A DNA stretch of 64,000 bases from NCBI GenBank assembly GCA_964520655.1, contig CAZFNI010000004.1:25628-89627 (forward strand). The letters run 5' to 3'. The notes beneath the pieces were generated by a model. That model did no database searches. It worked only from the letters and a program-made list of their open reading frames with translations, and was not told where the DNA came from. This document shows positions 17,233 through 29,100 of this stretch, one piece after another. The position numbers and the translations under genes are program-made. Numbering within the stretch: position 1 is the first letter of the stretch; each line of letters opens with the position of its first letter. This DNA is from an uncultured Planctomycetales bacterium. Lineage in GTDB: Bacteria > Omnitrophota > Gorgyraeia > Zapsychrales > Fredricksoniimonadaceae.

Positions 17233-17685
17233 ATGTCGCTTGAAGAAAAGATCAACCAGGATTATGTTGCCGCGATGAAAGCCAGGGACCAGGAACGTTC
17301 TTCCTGTTTGAGTTTTCTGCGCGCGCAGGTCAAGAATATCAAGATCGATAAGCGTGTTGAGCAGGTGTCTGATGAAGAGGTTATCGCGGTCATCAAAAAG
17401 CAGGTCAAGCAGCGCCTGGATTCGATCAAGCAGTTCACCGACGGCGGTCGTCCGGAATTAGCGGCAAAGGAAGAGTCGGAAATGGCCATATTGAAAAGCT
17501 ATCTGCCGGCGGAAATGTCCGCGGACGCCTTAAAGGGTGTGATCGAAGCGGTGATCAAGGAGACAGGTGCTTCTTCGATCAAGGATATGGGGAAGGTCAT
17601 GAAAGATGTGCTGGCTAAAGTCGCTGGACAAGCGGATAATCAGACGGTTGGATCGCTTGTGAAGGAGCGACTGACAAAGGTTTAA
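17233..17685 (+). CDS. yqeY: GatB/YqeY-domain protein (150 aa)
   Basis: N-terminal 'MSLEEKINQDYVAAMKARDQER...LRAQVKNIKIDKR' matches the conserved YqeY pattern. RBS 'ataggagg' precedes it. Confidence 0.8.
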   Translation: MSLEEKINQDYVAAMKARDQERSSCLSFLRAQVKNIKIDKRVEQVSDEEVIAVIKKQVKQRLDSIKQFTDGGRPELAAKEESEMAILKSYLPAEMSADALKGVIEAVIKETGASSIKDMGKVMKDVLAKVAGQADNQTVGSLVKERLTKV

Positions 17686-17696
17686 GGGAGTTCTTC

Positions 17697-18515
17697 GTGG
17701 GGCGGGTGAAAAGTTTTTTTATTGGTTTTGCTGTCGTTTTATGCATCGTGCTCTTTGGTTTTATCTTGTGGATGCGTGACCGCTATGTTGTCCCCATTCT
17801 GACGTATCATAATGTATCGACGCATTTGGGGCAGTATTCTCTCAATAATGTGACGCCGCAGGCATTTGCCTGGCAGATGAAGTTTTTGGCCAAGCATCAC
17901 TATGATGTCATCAGCTTCGACGATTATGTTCAGGGCATAAAAAAGGGCACAGCATTCCGTAAGAATACGGTCGTGATCCAGTTTGATGACGGGTATGAAG
18001 ACAATTATACCCAGGCTTTTCCTATTCTTCGCGAACATCATTTTCCTGCCAGTATTTTCTTGATCTCAGACAGTATTGGTTTAAAAGACTTTATGACGTG
18101 GGATCAGGTAAAGGAGATGGAGAAGCACGGCATTGAATTCGGTGCGCATACGCGCCGCCACGCGTATTTACCGGAGATCAGTCATGAGGCAGCCGTTGAT
18201 GAGATCGCTGGTTCCAAGAAGGTCATTGAGGCGCATTTGTGGCATCCCATCAAATATTTTGTTTATCCTTCCGGCGGGTTTACCGATGATATCAAATCGA
18301 TCGTGATCGCAGCAGGATATCAGGCTGCCGGGACGACAAATCGGGGAAGGGATATGTTTAATCGCGATCTTTTTGAATTAAACAGGATCCGCGTGAAAAG
18401 CAAAGATAATGCGTTGACATTTTGGGCCAAATTGTCCGGTTATTATAATGTGTTCCGCCAGTCACGCTGCGGGGAACATTGCGGAAAGGAAACGTATGTC
18501 GTATCGCCTCAATGA
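17697..18515 (+). CDS. Polysaccharide deacetylase (NodB homology domain, CE4) with N-terminal TM anchor (272 aa)
   Basis: TM 'FFIGFAVVLCIVLFGFILW'. The NodB motifs 'VIQFDDGYEDNY' (TFDDG-like) and 'HTRRH' (His motif) are present. Confidence 0.8.
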   Translation: MGRVKSFFIGFAVVLCIVLFGFILWMRDRYVVPILTYHNVSTHLGQYSLNNVTPQAFAWQMKFLAKHHYDVISFDDYVQGIKKGTAFRKNTVVIQFDDGYEDNYTQAFPILREHHFPASIFLISDSIGLKDFMTWDQVKEMEKHGIEFGAHTRRHAYLPEISHEAAVDEIAGSKKVIEAHLWHPIKYFVYPSGGFTDDIKSIVIAAGYQAAGTTNRGRDMFNRDLFELNRIRVKSKDNALTFWAKLSGYYNVFRQSRCGEHCGKETYVVSPQ

Positions 18516-21500
18516 GAATGGGTCGTTTGAGATCACGAATTTTAGCCAGGAAAAGGTGTTTGCTAATTTCTTTCCTGGGGTCGCTGGCCTATACGGGATC
18601 CCGATGTGGGCGTTTTATATCAATCGAGGGCAGGGGATCAGTTCTTTTGGCATCGAGTCCAAGGATAAATCCATCCTGGAATTCCAGCCAGCCAACCGCG
18701 CTTACCGTTTGACGTCGATACAGGGTTTCCGGACCTTTTTAAAAGTTGGCTCTAGTAGCGCTAAGAAATTTTACGAACCGTTCGCCAACCCTGTGGCCAG
18801 TCCTTATAAGATCACCAGCCGCATGATCATCCAAAGCCATGATCTGACCATCGAAGAGGTCAACAGCACGCTTGGGATAAAAACAACCGTTAATTATTTT
18901 ACTTTGCCGGAAGCGCCATACGCGGCGTTGGTGCGGCGCGTTACTTTCGAGAATATCGGCAAGAAAGACGTCGAGGTAGAGTGTATTGATGGTTTGCCGG
19001 CGCTTAATCCTTATGGTTTAAAAGATTGGCTGGGCAAACACATTTCCCGTACGGTGGAAGCTTGGGTGGCGGTGCACAATATCGCCAAGAAAGCCCCGTT
19101 CTTTCAGTTGAAGGTGGAGGTGGCGGACACACCGCAGGTCACGCACATCCATGAAGGGAATTTTTATTTTGCGTTTGATGCCAAGACAAAAAAGTTGCTG
19201 GATCCGATCGTGGAGTCCGCGCTGGTGTTCGGCCAGGCTAGCGATTATCTGGTCCCGGAGAACTTTTTAAAGAATGCCAAATTCATTGTGCCAGTCAAAC
19301 AGCAGACGACTAACCGTACCCCCAGCGCTTTTGTTGTTCAGAATTTCTCATTGAAGAAGGGTAAGTCGCATCAGATCACGGCGCTGGCCGGCTATGCGCA
19401 TGATCTTGCGGAATTAAACAGCGTGGTTAAAGAATCGCTTAAAGGTGATTTTATTGACACTAAAGCTTTGCGCAATAAAGCCATCATTGACGATATCAAA
19501 CAGTATTGTTTTACCAAAAGCGCGTCCAATACCTTTGACCAGTATTGTGGCCAGAATTTCTTGGACAATGTCTTGCGCGGAGGATTGCCGGTATCATTGA
19601 AAACAGCGCAGGGACCGGTGTCGTTCAATGTTTATAGTCGAAAGCACGGAGACTTAGAACGAGACTACAATTTCTTCACCCTGGCACCGACATATTTATC
19701 TCAGGGCAATGGTAATTTCCGTGACGTCAACCAGAATCGCCGCAACGATATTTGGTTCAATCAGGATGTCGGCAGCAGCCTTCTCGTTAATTTCTATAAT
19801 TTGATCCAGGCGGACGGGTATAATCCGCTGGTCATTAAGGGCTTGAGCTTTAGTGTTGAGAAAGAATCGCAGATCGATGAGATCATAAAAGAGTTTGAAC
19901 CCCAAGGCGATGTGGCGAAACTCAAAGCATTATTGAAAAAAGGGTTCATGCCCGGCGAGCTTTTAAAAATGATCAGCCGAGAAGTGCCGATCAAGGGCAA
20001 AAGCGCGGATTTTCTCTCGAAGGTCTTAAGCGTCAGCCAGAAGCAAGAACAGGCGGAATTCGGGGAAGGGTATTGGGCGGACCATTGGACCTATAATCTG
20101 GATCTGATCGAAAGTTATTTGAGCGTTTATCCTGAGAATCTACGGGAGATATTGCTCGATCAGAAAGTATTCTATTTTTATCTTAACGACGCCTATGTAT
20201 TGCCGAGGGAGAAGCGCTATGTGTTGACCTCACGGGGCGTACGGCAATATCATTCGCTGGCAGAACACGACAAGAACATTCAGTCGGCAGCCAAGGGTCA
20301 TCGGCTGCGTGTCAAGGCAGGACAGGGTGATGTCTATCACACCACATTGCTCGTTAAATTATTGGCATTGCTCGCTAATAAAGCCGCGACATTGGATCCC
20401 AGTGGTATCGGTGTTGAGATGGAGGCCAATAAGCCAAATTGGTACGACGCATTAAACGGTTTGCCGGGTCTGCTCGGGTCGTCGATCAGCGAGACAATGG
20501 AAGTGAATCGTTTAGCGGCCTTTGTCAAACGTCAGCTGGAAGAATTAAGTGTTGGTGGTCAAATGCCGGTAGTGATGTTCAAAGAACTCGCGGACTTTAT
20601 TGAAGGATTGACACATGTCCTGCATCATGAAAAAGACAGCCTCGAATATTGGCAGAAATCCAATAACCTCAAAGAGCATTACCGTCAGCATGTGCGGGCA
20701 GGTATCGATGGCAAAGAGCGGTCGCTGACGATCACGCAGATCAATGAATTCTTAACCGGCGTTGTGGAAAAAACGGCTCAGTCGCTGGATAAGGCCAAGG
20801 ATGCCAAAGGATTGTTCGCGACATACTTTTATCATGAAGTCACGCAGTACCAAGAGTTGGATAAAGGGCATCACGGCGACAGCCACGTGAGGGCGCAGGC
20901 GTTCAAGCGTCATGACCTGCCATATTTCTTGGAAGGATTTGTCCACGCCATGCGCGTGATGGATACGCAAAAAGCCGCAACGCTTTATAAGGCGATCAAG
21001 CAGAGTCCACTGTATGATAAGGCTCTAGGGATGTATAAGGTCAATGCGCCCTTAACACAGGAAACGGAAGAGATCGGCCGCACGCGTATCTTTCCGTCAG
21101 GGTGGCTCGAGAATGAGTCCGTGTGGCTGCACATGGAGTATAAATATTTATTGGAGCTGCTGCGTTTGGGGTTGCATGAAGAATTTTTTGCGGATGCAAA
21201 GAAATGTTTTATCCCATTCTTGGACCCTTCGCGTTATGGGCGCAGCGTCCTGGAGAATTCATCCTTCATAGCATCCAGTGCCCATGAAGATAAAAATCTG
21301 CATGGTCAGGGGTTTGTGGCCCGGTTGTCCGGTTCTACGGCGGAATTCATCCATATCTGGCTTGTCTTAAGTGCGGGGACAAAACCGTTCGTACTTAACC
21401 AGAACGGCCAGTTAGAGCTGCATTTGAAACCAGTTCTGCCGTCGTGGTTATTTAGTTCAAAGGCAGAGGCAGGTTTCCCCAAAGGGTCATATGCTTTTAA

Positions 21501-21702
21501 GTTCTTAAATAGAACTTTGGTTGTTTATCAAAATCCAAAGGGTGCGGATACGTTCGGCCCTAAGGGCGTGAGAATTACTGAATTGAAATTAACATACACG
21601 GATAAAAAAGTCGTCTCCATATCCGGAGGTATTATTCCGGAGGCTGCGGCCAAAGATGTCCGGTCGCTTAAAGTCGCACGCATTGATGCTGTTTTAGGAT
21701 AA
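18496..21702 (+). CDS. Large uncharacterised protein (~1068 aa); possible carbohydrate-active enzyme
   Basis: Long ORF with no signal peptide and no motif I can assign to a family. It is co-oriented with the deacetylase genes. The start at 18496 was chosen over 18448 to minimise overlap. Confidence 0.5.
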   Translation: MSYRLNENGSFEITNFSQEKVFANFFPGVAGLYGIPMWAFYINRGQGISSFGIESKDKSILEFQPANRAYRLTSIQGFRTFLKVGSSSAKKFYEPFANPVASPYKITSRMIIQSHDLTIEEVNSTLGIKTTVNYFTLPEAPYAALVRRVTFENIGKKDVEVECIDGLPALNPYGLKDWLGKHISRTVEAWVAVHNIAKKAPFFQLKVEVADTPQVTHIHEGNFYFAFDAKTKKLLDPIVESALVFGQASDYLVPENFLKNAKFIVPVKQQTTNRTPSAFVVQNFSLKKGKSHQITALAGYAHDLAELNSVVKESLKGDFIDTKALRNKAIIDDIKQYCFTKSASNTFDQYCGQNFLDNVLRGGLPVSLKTAQGPVSFNVYSRKHGDLERDYNFFTLAPTYLSQGNGNFRDVNQNRRNDIWFNQDVGSSLLVNFYNLIQADGYNPLVIKGLSFSVEKESQIDEIIKEFEPQGDVAKLKALLKKGFMPGELLKMISREVPIKGKSADFLSKVLSVSQKQEQAEFGEGYWADHWTYNLDLIESYLSVYPENLREILLDQKVFYFYLNDAYVLPREKRYVLTSRGVRQYHSLAEHDKNIQSAAKGHRLRVKAGQGDVYHTTLLVKLLALLANKAATLDPSGIGVEMEANKPNWYDALNGLPGLLGSSISETMEVNRLAAFVKRQLEELSVGGQMPVVMFKELADFIEGLTHVLHHEKDSLEYWQKSNNLKEHYRQHVRAGIDGKERSLTITQINEFLTGVVEKTAQSLDKAKDAKGLFATYFYHEVTQYQELDKGHHGDSHVRAQAFKRHDLPYFLEGFVHAMRVMDTQKAATLYKAIKQSPLYDKALGMYKVNAPLTQETEEIGRTRIFPSGWLENESVWLHMEYKYLLELLRLGLHEEFFADAKKCFIPFLDPSRYGRSVLENSSFIASSAHEDKNLHGQGFVARLSGSTAEFIHIWLVLSAGTKPFVLNQNGQLELHLKPVLPSWLFSSKAEAGFPKGSYAFKFLNRTLVVYQNPKGADTFGPKGVRITELKLTYTDKKVVSISGGIIPEAAAKDVRSLKVARIDAVLG

Positions 21703-21705
21703 GAC

Positions 21706-22836
21706 ATGGGTAAGCGGTTAAAAGTCGGGTTGATCAAAGGCGGGCAGTTAGGGTTGATGCTTCTTGAGGCCAGGGCTGATTTTGATGTCGATGTAGCTAT
21801 CCTCGATGATGATCCCAAATGTCCCTGCCGCGGTCTCTGTGATGAATTTGTAGATGGCGATTCAATGAATTTCGACCATGTCTATGCGTTCGGTAAACGT
21901 GTGGACTTGTTATCGTTTGAGTATGAGCACATCAATATTGAAGCGTTGCGCAAGCTTAAGGCAGAAGGTTTAAAGGTTTATCCAGATCCGGATATCCTTA
22001 GCATCGTTCAGGATAAAGGGACTCAGAAAGAATTCTATAAGATCCATCAAATTCCGACCACTCCTTTTGTTTTGGTTCGTAATAAGAAAGAACTTGCGGG
22101 TTTGTCTTTTCCCAAGCCGTACGTACTTAAGACGCGTAAAGCAGGGTATGACGGCAAGGGGGTTTTAAAGATCAACTGTGTTGAGGATCTTGATCAGGCT
22201 TTTGATGAGCCGTGTGTCGTGGAAGAGTACGTGGATTTTGCCAAAGAGATCTCTGTTGTGGTGGCGCGTAACCCTCAGGGGGAGATCGCGGCTTACCCGA
22301 CGGTAGAAATGGTCTTTCACCCTACAAAGAATTTAGTTGAGTTCTTAGCCAGCCCTGCTAATATTTCCAAAGAAATAGATGAGGTGGCGCAGCGCATCGC
22401 GTTGGACCTGGCAGTCCAGGTTGGTTTGGTCGGTGTGCTGGCGGTAGAGATGTTCGTTGACAGATCTGGAAAAGTGCTGGTCAATGAAATAGCCCCACGT
22501 GTACATAACAGCGGGCATCACACCATTGAAGCCAATGTCACCTCTCAATTTGCCCAGCATTGGCGGGCGATCTTGGGACTTCCTTTGGGATCGACGGCGA
22601 TCAAGTCTCCAGCGGTGATGGTCAATGTGCTGGGGAATGCGGGATACGAAGGCAAGGCGAGATATGAGGGGATCGAGCAGGCTGGATCTTTAGGCGGTGT
22701 ATATGTCCATTTATACGGCAAGGATATCACCAGGCCGTTCCGCAAAATGGGACACGCGACTGTTTTGGATACGGATACAAATAAAGCATTAGCAAAGGCA
22801 CAGTTGGTTAAAACGATCATTAACGTAAAGGCGTGA
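21706..22836 (+). CDS. purK: N5-carboxyaminoimidazole ribonucleotide synthase PurK (ATP-grasp) (376 aa)
   Basis: ATP-grasp architecture. '[13 protein letters not shown]' N-terminal Rossmann-like loop. It is immediately followed by purE. Confidence 0.8.
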   Translation: MGKRLKVGLIKGGQLGLMLLEARADFDVDVAILDDDPKCPCRGLCDEFVDGDSMNFDHVYAFGKRVDLLSFEYEHINIEALRKLKAEGLKVYPDPDILSIVQDKGTQKEFYKIHQIPTTPFVLVRNKKELAGLSFPKPYVLKTRKAGYDGKGVLKINCVEDLDQAFDEPCVVEEYVDFAKEISVVVARNPQGEIAAYPTVEMVFHPTKNLVEFLASPANISKEIDEVAQRIALDLAVQVGLVGVLAVEMFVDRSGKVLVNEIAPRVHNSGHHTIEANVTSQFAQHWRAILGLPLGSTAIKSPAVMVNVLGNAGYEGKARYEGIEQAGSLGGVYVHLYGKDITRPFRKMGHATVLDTDTNKALAKAQLVKTIINVKA

Positions 22837-22837
22837 T

Positions 22838-23362
22838 ATGCGAAAACCTCAAGTAGCCATTATCATGGGTAGTCAGTCGGACCTTAAAGTCATGGGTAAG
22901 GCCGCCGATGTTCTAGAAGGTTTTGGGATATCTTGTGAAGTGACGGTTGTTTCCGCCCACAGGACGCCGGCACGTATGTTCGACTATGCCCAAAAAGCTC
23001 AAGAGCGCGGCATAAGTGTGATCATTGCGGGTGCTGGCGGTGCTGCGCATTTACCGGGGATGGTCGCGTCACTGACGACTTTGCCGGTCATTGGCGTTCC
23101 TGTGCTGTTAAATAATTCGTTGAATGGTTTGGATTCATTGCTGTCGATCGCCCAGATGCCTGATGGTATCCCGGTCGCGACCGTTGCGATCAATGGGGCG
23201 CAGAATGCTGGTATCTTGGCGGCCGAGATCATTGCGTTGAATGATTCAAAGGTTTCCAAGGCTTTGACGGCACATAAAAAAGCATTGCGCCTTAAAGTGG
23301 AGACAAGCGTCAAAGAGTTAAGCCAAAAAGGTCATAAGGCCGTTCGCGCTTTGGCCCGTTAA
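22838..23362 (+). CDS. purE: N5-CAIR mutase PurE (174 aa)
   Basis: '[14 protein letters not shown]' and '[29 protein letters not shown]' are the canonical PurE motifs. Confidence 0.9.
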   Translation: MRKPQVAIIMGSQSDLKVMGKAADVLEGFGISCEVTVVSAHRTPARMFDYAQKAQERGISVIIAGAGGAAHLPGMVASLTTLPVIGVPVLLNNSLNGLDSLLSIAQMPDGIPVATVAINGAQNAGILAAEIIALNDSKVSKALTAHKKALRLKVETSVKELSQKGHKAVRALAR

Positions 23363-23365
23363 TAT

Positions 23366-26107
23366 ATGTTCACTGATTTTCACGGGATCTCATCCCACGC
23401 TCACATCCGACAGGATGTTAAGTTCCTCATGGGACTGCTTGCTGAAGTTATTCGGGAGCAGGAAGGGGAAGAGCTGTTGCTTAAGATCGAGCAGATCCGT
23501 ACGCTTGCCAAAGAGATACGCCATTCCCACAATCCTTTATTAGTCGAATCTCAGAAGAAATTGATCGCGTCACTATCGTTGACAGAGAGCTATCATGTTG
23601 CGCGGTCATTTACCATTTATTTCCAGCTGGTCAATATCGCTGAGGAAGTGCAGCGAATCCGGCGACTGCGCGACTATGATAAAAGGGATGATGTTTTGCA
23701 GGATATGTCCCTGCGTCAGCTGTTCAAAGATCTTATGGACGACGGGTTTACTCCTAAAGAGATCACGGATTTCTTATCTCAAAGCGATATTCAGCCGGTA
23801 TTGACCGCTCACCCGACGGAAGCGAAAAGGCGTACGGTGCTTGATCATTTGTTTTACATTTCCGGGAATTTGATCCAGTTAAACCGTTCGGATCTAACCT
23901 ATTCCGAGAAGGATTACATGACCAAGCGGATCAAAGAGACGCTGGAGATCCTCTGGCAGACATCTGAGGTTCGAAGCCGCAAGGTTGAGGTTTTAGATGA
24001 AGTGGACCAGACATTGTATTATTTTGACCGCACCATCATCATGCTGATCGCGAACATGCATGATAAGATCTATCGTGAATTCCATCGTTTGGGGGTTGAG
24101 ATCGATGAGGACTTAAAGCCGTTCCTGCATTTTGGGTCCTGGGTCGGGGCCGACCGCGACGGGAATCCCAATGTCACGGCCGCCATCACCAAGACCGTGG
24201 CCCAGAAACAGCGGCAGATGATCATCGAATTTTATTTGAAACAGGTACAGGCATTTGTTAAGCGTTTCAGTCAATCGGACCAATATATTGATGTCAGCAA
24301 AAAATTGCTGGATTCTCTTGAGCATGATCGGCGTCTGATGCCGGATCTGGCGGCGGAGCTTGACCGTTTTGAAACGTTGGAATATTACCGCAAGAAATTT
24401 TCTTTCATGTACCGCCGCTTGACCTATACACTGATTGATACAAAAGCCGGCTATGCCAGCGCACAGGAATTCATCGATGATCTTATGATCATCCGGGACA
24501 GTTTATGTCGGCATAAGGGGCTTCAGGCGGCCAACGGCGACCTCAAGCGTCTGCTGATCCAGGCTAAGACGTTTGGGTTCCATCTGGCCAGGCTTGATTT
24601 TAGGGATCATTCGGGCAAGCTGCGCAAGACCATCACGGAATTATTTAAAGGCGAGCCGACGCAGGATGAGCTATTATTGGCGCTCAATGAAAAGGTGGTC
24701 CGTAAATGGCCTGCAGTGCACACCCCTGAATCCAAAGATATTTTAGAACAAATGGCGATGTTCAGATTTCTAAAGCAGAAATTCGATCCCAACATCGTCG
24801 ATGCGTATATCATCAGCATGACCCAAAGCGCCTGGGATATGCTGGCCCTGTTCTATTTGGCCAAACGCGAGGGGATCATTGAGGTTGCGCACAAACGCGT
24901 TAAAGCGGCGCAAATGGGCATGGTGCCGTTGTTTGAGACCATCCACGCGTTGGAAAAAGCTCACGAGGTCATGGAAGAATTGTTCCGGATCCCGTTGTAC
25001 CGTTCCTATTTGAAAGCGCGCGGCGATGTTCAGGAGATCATGCTGGGGTATTCGGACAGCAGCAAGGACGGCGGTTATTTAGCAGCCAATTGGAACTTAT
25101 ACATGGCCCAGAAGAATTTATACAAGGTGGCGGAGAAATACGGTATCAGCCTTAAGTTCTTCCACGGCAAAGGCGGCACGATTGACCGTGGCGGTGGTGA
25201 GTCTCACCGGGCTATTCTCGGCCAGCCGTATTCTGCCTCACAGGGGCGCATTAAGCTCACCGAGCAGGGAGAGGTTGTATCTCAGAAATACGCTAATTCC
25301 ATGGTCGCTAAACGCAATCTCGAACAGTTGATCTCGGCAGTAATGATCGCCAACTTTGTGACCTTAAAGGAAGTGAAACACAATGCCAAGATCAAAGTGT
25401 GGGAAGAACGATTGAAGCTGTTATCGGAGAGATCATTTATCTTTTATCGGTCGCTGGTATTTGGTACCAATGGTTTCCTGGATTTTTATCACGAGGCAAC
25501 ACCCATTAATGTGCTTAAGATCACCAAGATCGGTTCGCGTCCGACCAGCCGCGGGAATCAGCGGTCTTTTGACCAGTTGCGTGCGATCCCCTGGGTTTTT
25601 TCCTGGGTGCAGTCGCGCTACATCATTTCCGCGTGGTATGGGGTGGGGACAGCGCTTCGCCAGTATATTGACGAGCATCCGGGCAAGGGGCTGGCAGAAT
25701 TGCAGGAAATGTACCGCCAGTGGCCGTTGTTTAATTCCATGCTGCATAATGTTCAGGCCTCGTTGGCCAAGACGGACCTATATATCGCTCAACTCTATTC
25801 GGATAATGTGATCGATGATGCCTTGCGTCAACGCATTCACACCATGATCGCTGAGGAATACGAAAGGGCGTTGGGGGTGGTGCTGGAGATCACGCAGCAA
25901 AAAGAACTTCTGGATTATCATAAAGTCTTGCAGGAATCGATACGGCTGCGCAATCCCTATGTGGATCCACTGAATTATATCCAGGTCCGTTTCCTTAAAG
26001 AACAGAAAGACTTGCCTGCTACAGCCGATGCCAAGCGCGCGGCCATTGATGAGATCCTGTTACTAACGGTCAATGGTATCGCATCCGGCATGAAGAGTAC
26101 GGGGTAG
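23366..26107 (+). CDS. ppc: Phosphoenolpyruvate carboxylase (913 aa)
   Basis: 'VLTAHPTE', 'FHGKGGTIDRGGG' and 'LGYSDSSKDGG' are present. The C-terminus ends '...MKSTG' as in PEPCs. Confidence 0.9.
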   Translation: MFTDFHGISSHAHIRQDVKFLMGLLAEVIREQEGEELLLKIEQIRTLAKEIRHSHNPLLVESQKKLIASLSLTESYHVARSFTIYFQLVNIAEEVQRIRRLRDYDKRDDVLQDMSLRQLFKDLMDDGFTPKEITDFLSQSDIQPVLTAHPTEAKRRTVLDHLFYISGNLIQLNRSDLTYSEKDYMTKRIKETLEILWQTSEVRSRKVEVLDEVDQTLYYFDRTIIMLIANMHDKIYREFHRLGVEIDEDLKPFLHFGSWVGADRDGNPNVTAAITKTVAQKQRQMIIEFYLKQVQAFVKRFSQSDQYIDVSKKLLDSLEHDRRLMPDLAAELDRFETLEYYRKKFSFMYRRLTYTLIDTKAGYASAQEFIDDLMIIRDSLCRHKGLQAANGDLKRLLIQAKTFGFHLARLDFRDHSGKLRKTITELFKGEPTQDELLLALNEKVVRKWPAVHTPESKDILEQMAMFRFLKQKFDPNIVDAYIISMTQSAWDMLALFYLAKREGIIEVAHKRVKAAQMGMVPLFETIHALEKAHEVMEELFRIPLYRSYLKARGDVQEIMLGYSDSSKDGGYLAANWNLYMAQKNLYKVAEKYGISLKFFHGKGGTIDRGGGESHRAILGQPYSASQGRIKLTEQGEVVSQKYANSMVAKRNLEQLISAVMIANFVTLKEVKHNAKIKVWEERLKLLSERSFIFYRSLVFGTNGFLDFYHEATPINVLKITKIGSRPTSRGNQRSFDQLRAIPWVFSWVQSRYIISAWYGVGTALRQYIDEHPGKGLAELQEMYRQWPLFNSMLHNVQASLAKTDLYIAQLYSDNVIDDALRQRIHTMIAEEYERALGVVLEITQQKELLDYHKVLQESIRLRNPYVDPLNYIQVRFLKEQKDLPATADAKRAAIDEILLLTVNGIASGMKSTG

Positions 26108-26158
26108 GTCGCCCAACTTCTTTTTGCTTATAGAGTATTTATATTCTATACTTTATTT

Positions 26159-29100
26159 GTGAAACCCCTTCAACATAGACTTATATCCTTCTTGGCGGCT
26201 ATTGCTTTTGCCGCAACGCTTATTGTCCCCATCCCAAGCCGGGCGGAATTGTTACTACCGGCTCCCGGAACGCTTGTTACTTTAAGTCCTGCCGCTGATC
26301 TTCCCATCTTAAAAGGTATCAAGGTCCATGCTGATAACCCCTTGAAGTTTGAGTTTATTCTGGATAATGGAAGAGAAACAGGTGAGGTGGCGTTAAAGGA
26401 ACAATCCAGCAAACTCATCAAATATTTCCTGGCGAGCTTAACCACGCCTGAGCAGGAGATGTGGGTCAACTTAAGCCCGTATGAAAAAGACCGCATCGTG
26501 CCGGATAGTTTTGGTCAGACCGAAATGGGCCGCGACCTATTGGCTCAGGATTATTTACTCAAGCAGATCACCGCGAGTTTAGTCTATCCGGAAGGGGATA
26601 TTGGCAAACAGTTCTGGAAGAGAGTGTATGAGTTATCGGGGAATAAGAATGTTCCGGTCAACACGTTTAATAAAGTGTGGATCGTCCCGGACAAAGCGGT
26701 GGTGTATGAGAATGCGAAGAATGGTACAGCGTATGTCGTTGAATCATCATTAAAGGTATTAACAGAACAGGATTATCTAGCCCAGGATAAGAATGCGGCG
26801 GGTGGCGCCCAAGCTGTTCGTTTCGCCCGCAGCTTAAGGGGGACAATGGCTTTATCTTCTGCTACCCCACGGGGGGATGGGTTAAGCGAGGACGAAACGA
26901 ATAGTTGGGCGACAGGACCCGCTCATGCTATCCGGGATCTTGTCATCCCTCAACTGACCAAAGAGGTCAATGAAGGTAAGAATTTTGCGCAGCTGCGTCA
27001 GGTTTACAATTCTCTCATTCTTGCCACATGGTACAAGAAGAAGATCAAGGACAGCATCCTCTCCCAGGTTTATGCCGATAAGAACAAGGTAGACGGTATC
27101 ACCATCGATGACCCCAAAGAGAAAGAACGGATATACGCACAGTATTTGGAAGCCTTCAAGAAGGGGGCGTATAACTATATTAAAGAGGAGCGTGATCCCT
27201 TAAGCGGGCAGGTGCTGCCCAGGAAGTATTTTTCCGGCGGGGTAAAATTTGGCGATTTGGCGATGACGACAAGCGCCAAGCCTCCTCAGCAAAATGTTCA
27301 TCAAATTGCGTCTGTTGTAGAAGTAAGGATCGATCAGTTAGGGGCTGGTTTGGATAACGCAATGACTGCGGCTTCTTTGCAGGGGGAGAGGAAAGATCCT
27401 CTTGTTTTAAAAGGCAAGATTGTTGAAAGAGATACATTTAATCATATTTCTTCCATGGTTCGCAGCAGCAGAGAGGCGACCCCTCGTGTATGGGAGATTT
27501 CTGATTTTGAGAAAGTTTTGTCTCATCCACTTCAACTTAAGCAGTTTGTTGATTTGCCTCTAAGCGTTGCGGCTGAAGTGATGATCGTGTATACGGATGA
27601 CGGACGATGGCTTTTTTGTGCAGCTGGGGTAGAGCCTGGTGTTTCCCTTGACCCTTTTAAGGAATTAATTGACCAAAAAAAGATCGTGTTCCATATGCAT
27701 TCGCATCCATATATTCACGAAAATAGAACGTTTGGGGGCAATACATCGGAATATCCATCATTGGTTGATTTAGAATTCTTTGAATATTACGGCGGCATCA
27801 GTGGACATCTATCGAGAGAGGGGTTGACCATTACCAGAATGCCGCCAACGAGATTGTCAGGTGATAAAAGAGGTGGTACCGATTTCCATTATGAATTTAA
27901 ACGTTGGGTGTGGAAGGAATATCCGTGGCTTGATTCTCCATTGGGATTAGGAAAAGAATCTAAAAAGGCCTACAAGGATTACCTTAGATCCATGGATGTG
28001 GATATTAATATTGTGCCTTGGGATGAGGGGGCTTTAAGATCTGCTTTGTCTGGAGCAATCAACCAGGCCATGATGACCAAAGCACGAATCCTTCAAGACC
28101 CCTTACAACCCGCCAGGGATCGCCGTATTCCGTTAGATAAAGAAGCGTTAAAACCGTTGTTAAAAGGGAAAACGATCCTGATCACTGGTGGGGGGGGCTC
28201 TATTGGTTCCGCTTTAGCTTTTGAGATCTTGAAAGAGTTCGGGGATGATATAGAAAAAATTGTTTTGTTTGGTCAAGGCTCAGAAAATCTTGCTAAGGTA
28301 GTGGCGCAAATAAAGGGGATGGAAAGATCCGCGCAGAAAGTTATTGTTGTTACGGGTGATGTGAGCCGTTTAGATCAAATTGAGCCTGTTTTCAAAGAAT
28401 ATAGTCCACAGATCGTTTATCATTTAGCTGCTGAGACATCCCCGGTTATTACTCAAGCAGATCCATCCCGTGCCATCGCAGTGAACGTTTTTGGAACACA
28501 CAATATGGTCGCTTTGGCGGATCGGTATAGCACGGAACATTTTATTTACACATCTTCCAGCAAAGCCACAAATGTTTTACCAGATAGTGTCTTAGGACAA
28601 ACCAAGAGGCTGGCAGAATATCAAGTCCAGTTAAAAGCCAGGAATAGCCGCACCCAATTTGGGATCGTCCGTTTCGTGCATACATTAGATACTAGGGCAA
28701 GCTTGGTCATGAAGATATTCCAAGACAAGATCGACCGCCATGAGCCATTGCCGGTTATGCGGGAGGCGGCTACGTATTTTCAGAATACGCATGAAGCGGT
28801 TAATCTTGCGTTGAATGTCCTTTTACTGTCCCGTAAAGGCGAGATATTTGCCCTGTCGGATGTTGGTCGACCGGTAAAGATTGAGGACATTGCCCGATAT
28901 TTATTATCGCAAAATGGCAAAGGCGATGAGCAGATCAAATTCATTCCCTTAAGAGAAGGGGAAGTTGTTCCTGTTTTTCAACATGAAGATGCAGGAAGGG
29001 CTGTCATAGCGGCGCAAGAGTACAAGGGTGTTCTGGTGGAGAATAAAGCGATCGCAGAAGGTGTGCCGCTTGCGATTGATGGTGCGGTGTTGTCCGAAGG

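Noticed and set aside
26108-26158. AT-rich stretch upstream of giant paralog 2 with -35/-10-like hexamers (TTGCTT ... TATACT)
   Set aside because: It is plausible as a sigma70-type promoter. However, hexamer matches in AT-rich DNA are weak evidence on their own, and the spacing cannot be validated without a TSS, so it is not annotated as a feature.
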